The notes beneath the pieces were generated by a model that saw only the letters and a list, made by a program, of their open reading frames with translations, did no database searches and had not been told where the DNA came from. Source: Bugula neritina (lineage: Eukaryota > Animalia > Bryozoa). Taken from it: 64,000 nt of DNA. The DNA is taken from positions 8,549,150 to 8,613,149 of the forward strand of contig OZ037772.1 of NCBI GenBank assembly GCA_964035545.1, written 5' to 3'. Shown here piece after piece: positions 39,941 through 54,700 of this stretch (positions within the stretch are counted from its first letter, which is position 1; each line of letters starts with the position of its first letter). The position numbers and the translations under genes were made by a program.

Positions 39941-40000
39941 ACAGTTGGTTGGCTACAGTTGGTTGGCTACAGTTGGTTGGCTACAGTTGGTTGGCTACAG
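39941..40000. repeat. 14-bp tandem repeat (ACAGTTGGTTGGCT) x4
   Basis: Direct reading. Confidence 0.9.
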
Positions 40001-41322
40001 CTTATTGGAAAAGTTGAAAGGTCACGTTAACCTAAAAACTACAATACCGTTTTGAAGACGTTCATACGAGGTCAATTATATAAATTATAGGCAGTTATTC
40101 GCGTACAAATCCAGTTGCTTTTTTGGATCTTTGGCAGAGAAAGTCTAGCACGTGTGTTTGTAAAGCTAATGAAAACAAACTTTTTGCTATCCTCAACCGT
40201 AACCTGTCAGTAGATCTCAATTTAGTTCTCTTTTCTAAATACTCAGCTTTTGCAAATACAGCACCAACATAAACATAGCAGACTTTTGTAAATTTTTGAT
40301 TCCAAGTATTAGCATAAAGTAAAGTGATTGACTACCACAACTACAAAGATTATTTCTAGCACTAGTAGCTTAAGTTTGCTATTTGAGTATTCAGTTTTAC
40401 ACCGGTGTAACTGTAAGTCACTTATTTTTAAACTTTAGTCTTACAGTTACAGTTAGTGGTACAACTTATTCTTATAATAGAAACGTAAAAACTTGGTAGG
40501 CCTATTTACTACTTTGTAACGTTAACAGAAACATTGAGTTTAAATATAAATATGAGTTAATTTATAGTTCTAACTGTAACTGCACGTATTAAATTCAATA
40601 TATTTTGATTTTCTTTGCTAGTTCTATTTGAGTATTACTATTACTATTAGTATTACTAGTGAGTATTAGTAGTACTATTAGCTTAGGCTTCGAGTTACTG
40701 ATAGTGAAACTGAATATAAGTATTACTAATACTATTAGTATTAGTATTACTACTATTATTATTATACCAACTAACACTTAACAGTAAAACCAAAAATAAC
40801 TAATACTATGAAGACTGCTATCACTATGAGTATGAGTGTGGCTATTGGTATTAGTATAGTTAGACTGAGACTATGTTCAAGTTATCATAATGATTACGCC
40901 TTTTACTTCTGGTTATACTTTCCATTTGTCTTATGACTCATCATCATCATAATCACAGACATTAACAGCTATAATTACAATAACTGAAAAAGTAAAACAA
41001 TTACTAGTATAACTTCAAGTTAAACTCATATAATAATAATACTTATACTTATACTTATATTATTATAGTTAATGTTGTTTTAATATGTGTTCTAAGACAA
41101 ACTTAAAGTGTGACACTGACAGATATTGACAACCCTCAAACTAAAAATAAAAGACTGAGTCATAATCATAATGATTATGATAACTGTCTACTAGTAGGAC
41201 AGAAAATGCTTCGCGTAACTCTGCAAATTGTTCGATATAACATTTTTGCAACAGCACATATCACTTAGCAACAGTCTTTCTACAACTAGTCTTCCTGTTT
41301 ATAGGTACTGTCCAGTAGGCCT

Positions 41323-41560
41323 AATAATGGCACTGGTAAAATTGGCACAGGTAATAATGGCACAAATGGCAAAGTAGGTAAAATTGGCACCCTTTTAAGT
41401 TTTAATATTATGGTGCTTTTGGGTAGGTTTGGGTGTTTAGGGTAGGGGTTTGAGTTTAGGGTTGGAATTTAAGAGTTGAGGGTTTTAGTTTTGGGTCGGG
41501 AAAAATTTAACATCAGTGTGCCATTGTTTCCTACTTTTCTATTTGGTGCCATTTTCACCT
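41323..41560. mobile_element. Short interspersed element with AATGGCAC subterminal repeats and a GGGTTT-rich centre
   Basis: Several (A/T)ATGGCAC-type copies on the left, inverted GTGCCATT copies on the right and a G/T-skewed core. Decayed relatives lie at ~9620-9790, ~15437-15640, ~23547-23640 and ~34545-34640. Confidence 0.6.
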
Positions 41561-41859
41561 AAAACGACTTTTAGCAACAGAGCTGTTCCTGGAACATACA
41601 CTCTTAGCATATACTCAGTGAGATGCTATTTTTAGTCAATTCTAAAAGTGGAATCTAAATATTTTTAATTTTGTAAATATTTTGGAAAGTGATGAAAAAT
41701 GCATTAGCAGTGCCAAGTTTGTGAATGAAAGGCATTGCAAGTTTAGTAACAAACTGAGGTGATGTATAAATAAACAATAATAAATATAGATTTTGTTATT
41801 GTTAGACCCTCATGCCCTACCCCTCTGAAGTCAATAGCTAGTGGCATGACTGTAGACTA

Positions 41860-42205
41860 AGCCTAGGGCCACACGGTGCGTATTTTCGCATGCGAAAATT
41901 GAAATCACAAGTAGCAAAGGTGTCCACTGTAGCGTCAGTGATGCGTGATAAATAAAGCTTTCATTTTTAAATCGCACTCGCTTTCAATAGAACGCAATTT
42001 ACTGGAATTCAGCACTAAAATAAAGAAATTGGGCTTGCTTATTAACTACCAGCCAATTAGGTGACGATGACAGAGACGATTCGCACTTGCGTTGAAAATG
42101 CAGAGCGACAAGTGCGAATGTTTTCTCAACGCGCACAGTGGACACCTTTGCTACTTGTGATTTCAATTTTCGCATGCGAAAATACGCACAGTGTGGCCCT
42201 AGGCT
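41860..42205. mobile_element. Hairpin MITE with ~75-bp terminal inverted repeats
   Basis: AGCCTAGGGCCACACGGTGCGTATTTTCGCATGCGAAAATTGAAATCACAAGTAGCAAAGGTGTCCACTGT is mirrored at 42135-42205 and flanked by TA. Superfamily unresolved. Confidence 0.85.
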
Positions 42206-42788
42206 TAGGACCATTCTATAGTTTTTGCTAATGTGAGGGTGGGTGTAGTAGTACTATCTCTGTCTACAGTTAGACATGGATAGTTTTTGCTCAAAGTGAG
42301 ACAAAAAATAAAATTTAATGCTCTGCACTATGGAAAGGAAGTGGAAATGCATCAATTCTTCTCTGTTCTCTGCATTTTGAACCTTATGCCATTTATCTTT
42401 AAATGAATTAGTAATTTTTCTGGCTGAATATTTTCACCCAATATTTTCTTGCTAGAGTTTTTAAAGAAAGCCACAGTTTCTGTAAAAAAGCTGGTTTGTA
42501 GGAGGCTTTTTTTAGTAGACTTATAACTGTGCATTACTCTATGTTGGTAACATAGTATTAGGGCTTTAATGTGGCATTTCTTTACTGGCACCACCTATGA
42601 TCCTGTAGGGGTTTGAACCTGTGACAGCACACACACTAGTGCTCTCACTAAGTAAGCCTTTGCCCACGTTGTACAAAAACATGCCTCATAATTTTATATA
42701 CCAGCCTTCAATCGAATATATCTACAATACTTGTACCTCAAACTTCTCATGTGCTATTTTAGGGTCAGGTTCAACCTTGACATCAAGT

Positions 42789-45700
42789 ATGAGGTCCCAT
42801 ATTCTACTTATACTGGGATTATTAAGCTGCTCTGGGTGTTTGAGGTAAGATCTATCTATTAACTACATGTGGTGGTAAATAGTCTTTATATAGTACTGCT
42901 TTTTCTGGGCTGAATCTCTACTTGTTATGAAGGAAATGAAGTCATGATTTGCTAAGTTCGTTCATGTTTGGTTTAAGATGAATCGAGTTTATGTAACATT
43001 TATCACTACAGTACATGTGTCACCACAACATAACAGTACATGTAACACTACAGTGTCACTGTACATGTAACACTACAGTGTCACTGTACATGTAACACTA
43101 CAGTGTCACAGTACATGTGTCACTACAGCATAACAGTACATGTAACACTACAGTGTCACAGTACATGTATCACTACAGTATCGCAGTACATGTAACACTA
43201 CAATATGACAGTACATGTATTACAGTATCACAGTTTGTGTAACACTACACTACCATAGTACATGTAACAATGTAATTTTATATACATTTGAGGTCAGTTG
43301 GTGGTCAAATATCCGGTAATTAAGTTGACCACTACTCGAGGCATCTCATTGCAGTGTATATTTGATAGCAATGTTTGTTATTATTACTTATAATTACTTA
43401 TCACTGCTATCCATTGAGCACAGAAATTTATAGCAAAGACCATATTTATTTTACAATGTTCAAAATACAGTAGTTGACAAAGAGTATAAATAAACCCTGT
43501 TGATAATCCTCAGCTTCAGTGAAGACCACAAATACTCCCAATACCAACCACAGGATCTGGCATAGAATTTCTATTTCCTCTCCAATTTCAAAATAAACAG
43601 CAGGCAGCAAGCGTATGACTCATCCTCTATTTCCTGGTCACCTCCTGCCAGACATCAGTAGACTGCTGACTTTGATATTCTAAACCTGAGTTCTGGCTAG
43701 AGTTTCTACTAATAGAGAAGGGTGGGATAGACAGAGAATATATTTTAGTTCCGCTATGTTTTCTGCATGAATTGGGAATTTTGGTTGAAATTGGCTTTTT
43801 TATTAAAAGAAAAAGCTCTTTGTATGCAGCAACTACCTGTATACCCTGCAAGTCTGAACTAAGTTCTGTGGATACTGGAGTTATAATGCCTTAAATTCCT
43901 ATTGTCAACTTTGATTCCCAAAGAAAACAATAATTTATGCACTGAAATTACCTCCAGATTCTAAGAGCTATCACTGTAATCATCCAAAATATGCAAACGT
44001 GAGCAAAGATAGCAAGTTTGAGTTGCTTGGAGCCTTGGCTATTTAGACAGCAACCACAAAACAATTACTGCCATGCAGGATGATGATGTTGGTGATACAT
44101 CAGTCAGACAGAGTTTTGTCTTTCATCTCTTTGATTACAACAACATCAAATGTGTTGAGTTCTTCTGCGTAGGGCTCTAATTAAACTAAGATGGCAGCTT
44201 ATATTAAACTAAGATGGCAACTTATATACCCCTAAATTATATACAATAATAAGAATAACCTTATAATTGGCTCAGTGCCCTGTTAATTGATTATCTAGTC
44301 TTTGTTTATTCTGTTTACTAGGTCGTTGAGTACAGAATATTATTTAATATTATTTTATATTGATACCAAAAGATGTTAATAATCTTCAGTCTAAGCCGTA
44401 ATTAGTTTCTTACAAATAAAAGTAAAAAATGTTTAGATATTTTGTGCATTTGATGTCAACAAAAGGATTTAATAGGGAAACAAACCATTATATAGATTAA
44501 TTACTAACTATTAAAAACAAGATTAAAAATTCACTTTGATGGAAAGTCAGTCATTTCTTTTTGAAGGTGAATCATATTTGATCTTCATTAACTAATAATT
44601 GCTTTTCCAAGCAGCTTTACTACTTCAATATCTGGAAAATCCCTGTTTAATCAATTATTTCTTGAGATGATAGAGCAGATTTTATGATGGGAATTACGCA
44701 ATAACCAGTCATCTTATTTATTTGCCTTCTGCAATACCAAATGATAATTCTAATATGTTCGCCAGAGCCTGCTCTGGTACTACAACTGTACTCATAACAT
44801 CAGTGTAATACTACAGTAACATACGCTACATGTCCAAGCATTATTCCCATGGATTTTTCATTCAATGCTTTGAAACAGTTATATCAAATGAAACCACAGT
44901 CATGAGTTCATGCAAACTACAACCACAAATTCCTCACACAAGCAGCCATTCTTCAGATAATAGAAACACTGTGATTATGTAACCACATGTATTGCTATAC
45001 TAGAGTACAATCAGATATTGTTTGCTGACTGTACCCTCACGTGTACTAGTAGTACTTCTCATCCACCTACTCAAGTAATTGCTGTCAGAATTGGAGCCTA
45101 TCAATGATCTGATGGCAATTAAATGTATCTGAGGAAGAAAATTTCTTGGAATTTAATTACCAGTCTAAACTCTAAATCCTTAGTTAGTTGAAAGCTTTCA
45201 GAGCTATAAGGACAGGAAATTAGAGCCCCTAACTTCTAGCTTTTAGCTTGTAGGTCCCAAACTAATGCTTATGATTTCCTAAGAAAAGAAGTTAGCAACA
45301 TTTTAAAATTTAGTCTCTTTCTCTTTTGAGTTTATCCTTCAGAAAACTAACCCAAATTTATAGTCACTATCCCTGTGAGAAACCCCTGATGGAAGTGTTT
45401 TAGTTAAATCAGGCTAAGGACTTATTATGATGTGGCACAGGAGCAATTATGACTGGATGCTCTTCCTAACATCACCAATTGTCTTTGTCTGGGCTCGAAC
45501 CTATGACTTCCTGTTTACTAGGCAAACACCTTCTCCCTGCTCCCTTGAGTATATCCTTCGTGGTAGTAGAATCTTATATGCTGAAAATATGATATAGTTA
45601 TATAGTATAAAGTAGATAACTCCCATTGTTGTTTACCCTTATAAAACATACAGTGCTGTGAAAAAGTTTAAGGACGCTTGCAGAAATTTCTATGTATTTC

Positions 45701-48700
45701 TATGTATTGTTTAATAGGCATTTCTTGGAAGTTCTTAGTATTTTCCTGCAAGTTCTATATATCAAAAGGACCCTTAGAATGTGCACTACAATTTCCACCA
45801 TATAAATTCCTACTGCTGTGATGTTTTCTACCTATTTTCGGGCTAACTATACAAGCAGCTAAGAAAGCGCAACTCCTGTGTTTTTATGTTTCCAAAGTTT
45901 ATCGTTTCTGATAATCACAAAAGGCTAAACAGTGAAATTTGACTTTGTACATGGCATCATGATACCATAAAGTATGACTTTCTTTCATAATTTGAAATCT
46001 GTCATTTAGTTGTAAGCTTTTACATGGTGTCCACTTAGGTGCTGCGCATAGACAAAATGAGAGCTGTAAATCTTACTTCAGAAGCAAGGTTTGTAATAAT
46101 TTTTTTGCATAACGAAGGTTATTCAATTAGGAAAATATCTGAAAAGGTTGGCAAAGCAAAGACAATTGTTTATCAAATTATCAAGAAGTTCATGGAGACT
46201 GGCAGTGTAGCAGATCGACCTGAAAGTGGACGACCAAGAATAAGCACACTCGGAGATGACAAGGTTTTCATTAGGATCAGCAAGAAAGATTGCCATAAAA
46301 CAAGTCCTGAGTTGGCAAAGAATGATCAGAATCAACAGGAACAACAGCTTCGACATCCCTGATAAGGCGAAGACTGCTGAGCCATGGTCTATGTGTCTGC
46401 AAAGCAAAAAGGAAGCCTCTACTAACCGAGAAGTAGCGAAAAAACCGGCTACGGTGGGCCAAGGAGCATGGTAGTTAGACAGTGAATGATTCGAAAAAAG
46501 TAATTATTTCAGATAAATCTACATTTAATGTGAACAATCATGCTGAAAACTGTTTTGTTAGAAGATATCAGTATGAGGAATATAACCCGTAATGTATTCT
46601 TACAACAATTAAGCACCCTATCGGTGTTATGTTCTGGGGTTGTATAACATCAAAAGGTGTAGGTCGACTCAGTAATTGCTCTAAAATGATGTTAATGCCC
46701 AAAAATATATAGAGAATCTCAATGCTAAACTTCTTCCAATTATAAAAAAACTTCTTTTTAAATGAAATTAACATATTTGAAGATGACAATGCACCATGCG
46801 ATTGGGCAAAAACTGTTAAAGAGTGGATGAAAAAGCAAAGGGTCTCAACGCTTAACTGGCCAGCCCAAAGCCGGGACTTGAACCCAATAAGAAATTCATG
46901 GTCAAGAATGGCTAAAATAGTCTCTCCACAGAAGCCAACAACTAAGGTGACACTCATAGAGCCTGTAATTCATGCATAGCATCATGTTGCGACTGAAAAC
47001 GAGTTGGAGAAGCTGTACGAGTCGATGCCTCGTCGCTGCCGACTAGTGATTGAGAATAAAGGCTGGCCAACAAAACATTAATACTAAAATTTAAAGCACT
47101 GTGTGTTGCAATGCTGCTATAATGTGTATAAAAAATCACATATATTTTTCTATGTTTCAAGTAAAATATTCTCATGTCCTACAGTACACAAAAATTGTGA
47201 GAACATCGAATAATTCCCATATATGCATAGTATCTCATTATTTCACCCAAATTTTGAAAGGAAGTGAAAAGAGACACTAATAATTTATATAAATGAGATA
47301 AGGAGATTTTAAGGATCATTTTGATAGGTATCATCCCTATGGAAATGCTTTTGTTATGTCTTAAAATTAGCTTGGAACATTGCTATTATGGAAAACAATG
47401 AGGCGTCCTTAAACTTTTTCACAGCACTGTACTTTCTGAACACTAAGGAAATAGCCTTTACCCACTGTACTACAGTAAAGGACTAGGGAGTTGACGTTCA
47501 ACAATTTTGTTACTTTTAACGTCTAATCTTTGAAGATGAATATAGCTCAGCCTTCTGTGTGGCATGTTAAAACTTATTATAGGTGAATGGATTCTATGGG
47601 TGTCTGGTGGTCTTCAGTTTAGCACTTCCTCGCCACACATTACCAAGCAAGAACGTGCTATGAGAATACAACTTCCATTAACTGTTGTCAATTTTCTATG
47701 TCAAGTTGTAGTACTAATGCATGCTTACCAACTCTGATTTAGTTTAGTTTTTACTATGCATACCAATTTAGCTTTGATGTGTCGATGGTTTTGAATTATT
47801 TTTTTAAACTCCTCACTGAGTTGTCCTCCTTTTTTAAGTTTGAAAGATGGACTCCAAGGTTTTCCCTCTAATCAAGGAGCAGCCGACGTGTACACAATTA
47901 GTATAGATGACTCATCAGAAGTGGGCAGTGGTGAATCAGAAGATGAGTATTATGTCCAGAATGTTCTCACCAAACAGGGGACAACTCCAAAGAGTAAGAA
48001 TGAAAAGACAACTCTTCCAGTTGAAACAGAAGCTACAAGTGTTGCGTGAGTGGAGCAAACTTATATAGGAGTTAATGTGACCAAATTTTGAGATAAATAT
48101 AGGTTGTCTGATTTGCTGTATCCAATATTATATCACTGTGTCAAATAATAAATCACTATATGACTTATTCTAAAATATCACATATATGTTGCTATATTAT
48201 GTTATAATGTTACTATATAATATATCATCTTGTCTAATATTATGCCATTATAGAATGTGTTATATTTTTATACCATATAATATATCACTCTATTATACAT
48301 CGTATGGTATTTGTCCCTATATAATAAACTATATCATGTTCTAGCAAATTTAATTGGGAAATGAAATGGGCGATTATACGTATGTCAAAACAACACTTTG
48401 AACGGTAAACTTAGCTGTGAAATCGTTTTTAGCAACTGATAAAGTATTACAGAGCTTGTAGAAATCTACCCCCTGACCAAGATAATGTGTGACACTTCTG
48501 ACTCATCTCTCCTCTTTCCTTCAGTGCAAGTCTAGATTCGTCTGCCCTGGTGGAAATTAAGCTTCTTTTAGCCTATCAGAAGAAAGCTCTGGCAGAGATT
48601 CAGTCACAAGTAGCAGTAATGAGTTCAAGGTTAGACGTACAGCAAATCAGCATTAACCAGCAGGATCAGGTGGGTGTGTCTATTCCTAGTGGGTGTGCCC

Positions 48701-51700
48701 ACATCTGTTGGGTGTGTCCGAATTAGGTAGGTGTGTTTATGGGTGGGAAGTGTGTGCATATTTCTATCAATAAAGTAGTGTCTGAATACGTTTTGAGAAA
48801 AATGTCAAATTACATAAGTGATGCCAACCCTTTGTATAACTTTCTCGTTGAACAGCTGCAAAAATGAGCAATGATTGTTTTTCTTTGAGTTTATCTTTTC
48901 ATTTCCTGGTTGATGAAAGTAAACTGATACGTCTGCCACTCAGTATTCTGTAATATGGCTGTAGTGGAGAAATTTAGATAGCCTAAGTTTTTTAATTTCA
49001 TTGTTAAATTTTGGTTTGGGACGCGGGTTGAAATTCTTGTGAGAACATAACTTCTTATGCTACATTTCTAATCTAGAACACAGGCTTTTCTCAATTTCTC
49101 CATTACTGCACCTACCTCTGCCACTCAGTATTCTGTAATACGTCTGCTACTTGTCTAGTTATTAGCTGAGCACAGCAACTCAATCGGAGAATTGAAAGGG
49201 CGGCAGGATCGTGCGACTAGCGACATCTATACTCTCCAATCGGCAATCGTTAGTCACTCTAAAGACAAAGACCAGCACCTGCCTTCAACTACTGAGTTAG
49301 TATCACTACAACTCTGTGACTATTATACTGTGACTATTATACTGTGACTATTTTACTGTGACTATTTTACTGTGACTATTTTACTGTGACTATTTTACTG
49401 TGACTATTGTACTGTGACTACTATACTATCACTATTATACTGTGATTATTATACTGTGACTATTTTACTCTGACTATTTTACTCTGACTATTGTACTCTA
49501 ACTATTATACTGTGACTGTTATATTGTTACAGTAACTATTTTATTTTGACTGAAACTAGTAGACTGTGACTGCAATTGTTTTACGGAATGCCAAAATGAA
49601 TGTAGTGTAAAATTTAGATTTTGCTTTTTTAAAAATATGATGTTGGATTAATTGTATGGAAAAAGCGTCAAGAGATGTGAAAAAACTATAATTATGTTTG
49701 CTGTCTTTTGGCAGGTACGAAGCCACCACCGCTGCCACTCCTACTACGACTCCTACCACTTCAACTACTACCACTACTGCTGCCAGTTGGAGCACTTCTA
49801 CTGTTGGAGTCGAGGCAGCACCACCTGTAGAATCTCTGACATCAGAACTTCAAAAAGTGGAGGGCAGGGTAACGCTTCTGTTTATATCATTAGTATATAT
49901 CTTCATATCATTAGTATATATCTTCATATCATTAATATATATCTTCATATCATTAGTATATATTTTCATATCATTAGTATATCTCTTCATATCATTAGTA
50001 TATCTCTTCATATCATTAGTATATCTCTTCATATCATTAGTATATCTTCTCATATCATTAGTATATCTTCATATCATTAGTATATCTCTTCATATCATTA
50101 GTATATATCTTCATATCATTAGTATATCTCTTCATATCATTAGTATATCTCTTCATATCATTAGTATATATCTTCATATCATTAGTATATCTTCGTATCA
50201 TTAGTATATATCTGCATATCAACATCATACCTAAACCATCTGGGTTTGAAGGTAACAGAACTGGAGGAGCTTCACACAACTTTATCCTCAGTTCTCCAGC
50301 ATATCATATTAGAAAAAGTTTGGTTGAATGCAACTTTGTCCCCACAACAGAAAAACAGTTCAGAACCTGGGCTAGATCTACAGAATATTAAGGAAAATGG
50401 TGAGAAGTATTTTATATCTCATTTTCAGGTTTTGATTTGTTTATTTAAACAAGTTGAATACTTAACTGAGTAAATAATTTAAGACTATTGTAATTGCTTA
50501 TACAATATAGCCCTATAGCATGTTTTGAAGACGATTAATTTTTTATCAAAGACCACTTGCCTTTTCCTTTGAACCCTATAGCCGTTGGCATGGTTATTTC
50601 TGACTCGTGTAGTTTTCCCAACTCACTATTGCCTTTTGGCAGCCCATTTCTCGTACCTTACCATTGCCTAGCTTAGGCAAGTTGCTCACCTTTCTGATCT
50701 CTATGTATGTCACAGTGACCTACTTCAGTGAAGCAGACATACAGGAAGTGGAGGAAAGGACCAATCAGGTTATCAGTAGCATAGAAAAGTGGAATAAAGT
50801 TGAGCAGGTAACTCCTAAGTTAAATAAATTTATCCTTGATTTTATTGGATACTTGTAATTTGTTTGACTTCATTATGTGTTGCTATGGTAACCAAGTTGC
50901 CATGGTAACCTTGTTGCTTCGTTTACAATTATAGACACTACACGCTAGCCTCAGCAACCTACACGCCACTCATAGAAGTTACAGTCAGGAGTTGTCCCAA
51001 CTCACCAACTACTCTCTCAACAACGGCGTTATCATCGGACAGCTTGGCGAGGCCAGACTTAGAGATGGAATGTCCATTCTGTCGCTTATTAACAGCACTT
51101 CCTGGCTCGGGCAGCGGCTTTCTCAACTCAAGTCAGCCATGAATATGGTGAGTTGGTAAACTAAAAGCATTTATTACTAATATCTGTTTACTTACCTGTT
51201 TTCAGTCATGGTCTAGGCCCTAGGGCTTAGAGCGTTTGCATCGTAGTACGAAGTCATGGGTTCAAACTCGGCAAAGGCTAGTGGTGATGTTAGGAAGAGC
51301 ATTCAGTCATAATTGCTCCTCTGTCACATCTGAATAAGTCCTTAGCCCGATTTAAAAACCCTTTTCATCAGGGGTTTTTCACAGGGACAGTGACTATAAA
51401 TTTTCGTGAGTTTTTTGTATTTGTTTTGTTTTGTTTCATAATTTTATAATGCTGTCTACCTTAGGCTGTCCATTGTTGATTTGGGGAAGACAGCTTCTCT
51501 CCAGCTAAAATTTTCTGAAAAGCATTTACCTCAATACTCTGTTGTAATCGCAGCAGAGTATTTCCTTCAGTTGACAGGTTTTAGCAGGTGTCTAACTCAA
51601 TGGCTAGAATTAGTTTTAAATTGCTTTCCTTCATGGATTGTGGCAAAAAGTGGCATTTCTGTAGCAACACTTCCGCGTAAAGTTTTTTGGATTAACTCGC

Positions 51701-54700
51701 TTAATGATTTGCCACGGTCTAACCAAGATTACTGATTCTTTTATCTCGTAGAATCAGAACATCACAGAAGAGACAAACAGACAGATTGAGTCGCAGATTT
51801 CTCAGCTACTAGAGCTAATACAACTTAATTCTTTGAAGGTAGTGTGACTCTCATAGTACTTTACAGATTTGTTATTTTTATTTTCAATTTTATTAGCATA
51901 AACACGTTTGAACTGAGAATGTATTTTGATTTGTTTTAATTTACTTTCAAAGTAAAATGTTTGAATGTTTTCAATTTCATGAAGTGTTGTCAGCCTATTA
52001 AATTACGTTATGTGATTGAAATCAGCTTGTCATCTAATTGAATCTTGTCACAAAGTGAGTAAATAACAAATTTATTTTAGACAAGCCTATAGAAATGAGG
52101 TGTGTCTTATTTTATTGTACAACTATTTCCTATAGCCAAGTTTTTGAGCATCATCTGTTGTTTGATGAAAATTGAGTTTATCGTTTTTATTTCCTACTGC
52201 CTATTTCTTCCAAGCCGCCAGCGATAGGGTATTAACATTTATCTGGTCATGTGCACATCTCAGTTAACAGATGTTGATCTTACACCTTCTTCTGTTTTAC
52301 AAGGTCATAGCTATGCAGGACGCAGTAAAAGGTCAAGGATCTTTGTTTGAGTCTCAACTCAATCACACGATTCAGGAACTGCACAGTTTAGAGAGGTCTC
52401 TGTCTGCAATTGATCTCTCCGTCAACTCTTCTCTGACGTAAGTATACGTCTGCAGAAACAACTTTCCGCACGCTTTTATGTCACATAACAGTTTTAGAAT
52501 CGCCCGATCTACCTACCCAGTGCTTCAGGCTATGATCAAAAGTAGACTAGGAATGCATGACATGTAGTTGGAAATGGCTTGAATATGTTTTTATGCACTA
52601 TTATAGAAAAAAATGTTCATAATTAGTTTTTGTTGATTAAATAACAAAAACATAAAATACTGTGATTTAAGTATTGTGTTAAGTATAAAAAGCTCACAGT
52701 AGTTTATAATCACTATCCCTGTGAGAACCCCTGATGGAAAGGGTTTTTTGTTAAAGCTGGCTAAGGACATATTCATATGTGGTACAGGAGCAATTATGAC
52801 TAAATGCTCTTTCTAACATCACCGCTTATGTTTAGATTTGAAACACTGACTTCGTGGTTACTAGGCTAACACACTAACCATTACACCACTGCTGCTCTCT
52901 CTAGTCTTTCCTTGGGGATAGGAATCTCATTATCGCAATATCTAATAAGAGCATCCCTGTGGGATTCATTTATGCCAACAGATTTGAGATTGTATCTTGA
53001 TGACGTATCGTTACTTTTTCTTGTCACTCTGCAGTCATCTGACAGGAAGAGTTCAGTCTAACAAGGAGAGATCTGACATGCTCTGGTCTAGACTGAGGAT
53101 CATAGACAACAGACTGGCTCATGTGAGTTGATACACTCGGGCTATACACATATTGGGGTTGTTTTCCCTTAGTTAAAATGTTTTAATTTTCTCCTAAAGC
53201 TTGGAGTACTATATATAAAAGTTTATCGAGAAGTGACGTATTCCAACGTCTGCAAAATCTTGTCCTATCTCTGGTTTTTTTTATTGCAATTCAGTTTTAT
53301 TGACTACCTTTCTATAACATTAGTATCATCATTTATTGATGTCTCATTGTAATGAAGGTAGAGGTAAAGTATTTGACTCAAGAGGTCAATAAATACCAGA
53401 AGAGTAATGACGACTTGAAGCAGAGTATCAAGTTGATGGAGATGGAAGATCAGCTGGAAGTTATAGAGAGTAACATCAATACACAGCAGTCTAACCATGG
53501 TGAGATTTGATTGGTTTAATGCTAGTCTCGGTAATTCTGGTTGGTCAGGTTTGTAATGTGAAATGTGGCCAACACTGTTGGGCTTACTAATAATGCAAGG
53601 TTAATTAACCCTTTGTTATGATGCGAAAATCTGGGATTTCCACACTGGTGTAAAAATATGATTGAAGTATAAATTTGTATTAATCTAACAAAAATGGTTA
53701 ACACTTTAAGGCACTCTGCACTTTTCTTATGATGAGTAAACCTGGGGTTCATTGGCTGAGTATACATGATGTAGGAATATATGTGTAAATGTGTCTCATC
53801 TGTGCATTTCATACTTAAATAACGCCCCATTTCCAAAAGCCACTTACAGTGTGTGTATTTTGTGTAAAGTATTATGTCAAATTCTCAGCTCCACCTTGAC
53901 CTCTTATGTTTCAGAGGCACTGAACTCTAGACTCAACTCTGTAGCAGATCTAGTAAACTCCTTGACCTCTTCAATGTCGACTGTACAAGATAAATGGACA
54001 GAGTTTAACAGTCGTCTGCCCAATCTAGAATACATGTACGATGAAGTTCAGCTCATGATAAACGTGCTGCCACGTGGTGAGTGGACGCTGACATCAGCTG
54101 CTATTGCGTCATTGTATCAGTGGTATCAGGTTTATCATCAATCTGCCCGGTAGTTCAATTGTAGTTTATAATTTGCGGTTTTTGCCCTTTTGAATAAAGT
54201 TTAATCAATTTTTAAACATATTAAAATTTTGAAAATGTATCTGCAAACTAAACTAAATTAGTATTTCAATGATTACTGACTGTGTAAATCTTCTAAAATT
54301 ACTATTGATATTTGCTCCTGAATGTTATCTCGTGTAATAAAGCACACTCGCTCACATGAATGCACAAACACACTCGCACACACTCACTCGCTCACACACA
54401 TACTCGCTCACATACACTTACACACTGACTCACACACACTCACTTACTCTCACACTGCTCAATATTACGGCTACTGGTACTCTGACAGGAAAGTTATATG
54501 CAGAATTTTAAATAAGCTGTTTGAATATTGTATACTAAAGGAAGGTTTAGTTGTTCTGTTAGTTTGGATGTTTATCTTCAATTGTACAGACTGTGATGAT
54601 GTGTACAGAAGGGGAATTAGAAGCTCTGGTGTGCAACTCATAAAGCCTGGCCCAGCACACTCCGCAGTGGAAGTCTACTGTGATATCGACCTTGAGAGTG

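Noticed and set aside
40595-40777. Hydrophobic 60-aa ORF
   Set aside because: Low-complexity TAT/TAG/TAC-rich tract with no splice or homology support.
43000-43270. CRISPR-like array (also 49314-49520 and 59538-59811)
   Set aside because: Contiguous tandem units without unique spacers, no cas genes, eukaryotic intronic context.
47582-47663. Possible extra exon or alternative start of the scabrous-like gene
   Set aside because: Acceptor-like AG is present, but the frames checked stop quickly and no compatible donor was found; 42844->47839 already joins in phase.
49652-50279. Hydrophobic FISLVY / YTNDMK repeat ORFs
   Set aside because: A 21-bp intronic minisatellite between real exons 49715-49868 and 50252-50399.
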